Virus record (IMG/VR): IMGVR_UViG_3300035490_000050
Location: 32,001 to 96,000 of that record
Length of the DNA: 64,000 nt
Reading direction: 5' to 3' (one strand)
From: a virus
In this document: positions 63,982-64,000 of the stretch, in pieces
Numbering within the stretch: the first letter of the stretch is position 1
Layout: each line of letters starts with the position of its first letter
Program-made: the position numbers and the translations under genes
Notes under the pieces: model-generated
The model's input: the letters and a program-made list of their open reading frames with translations, nothing else
Database searches by the model: none
What the model was told of the DNA's origin: nothing

Positions 63982-64000
63982 GCGGGCATAGCTCAGTGGT
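63982..64000 (+). tRNA. 5' fragment of a tRNA, probably Gly (cut by window edge)
   Basis: gcgggcatagctcagtggt acceptor and D-arm start. Confidence 0.55.

Noticed and set aside
1-64000. CRISPR array or cas operon
   Set aside because: No direct repeat-spacer array seen; the Cas4-like gene is solitary.
1-64000. Alternative genetic code or stop-codon reassignment
   Set aside because: Genes tile densely in the standard code, all three stops are used, and no suppressor tRNA is present.

Overview
The whole window is part of a tailed dsDNA phage genome with podovirus-like (P22/N4-type) virion gene order and standard genetic code; the host is probably a Gram-negative bacterium. 1-36.1 kb (+): portal, scaffold, major capsid, decoration and adaptor proteins, a tailspike with a signal peptide, a lysis cassette (GH108 endolysin), tail nozzle, ejection proteins, a polyvalent protein with an ART-like domain, and about ten tiny Lys/Arg-rich ORFs. 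36.3-43.3 kb: accessory region with two promoter- and terminator-bounded structured ncRNA candidates, IS remnants, a PD-(D/E)XK/Cas4-like protein and an IS1595 element with cargo. 43.3-54.9 kb (-): small hypotheticals and a glycosylation cluster (7 glycosyltransferases, glf, methyltransferase, HNH proteins, DUF2829/Tad2-like). 54.9-64 kb: small early-type genes, vWA protein, LAGLIDADG endonuclease and 18 tRNA genes (17 complete, 1 partial). Top finding: both compact tRNA operons follow a sigma70 promoter, a (near-)leaderless 26-27 aa leader ORF and a terminator/antiterminator switch, and each leader contains the codons read by the tRNAs downstream. This looks like a ribosome-stalling attenuator that switches on phage tRNAs when matching host tRNAs are depleted. 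All calls are from manual reading; no searches or folding programs were run.
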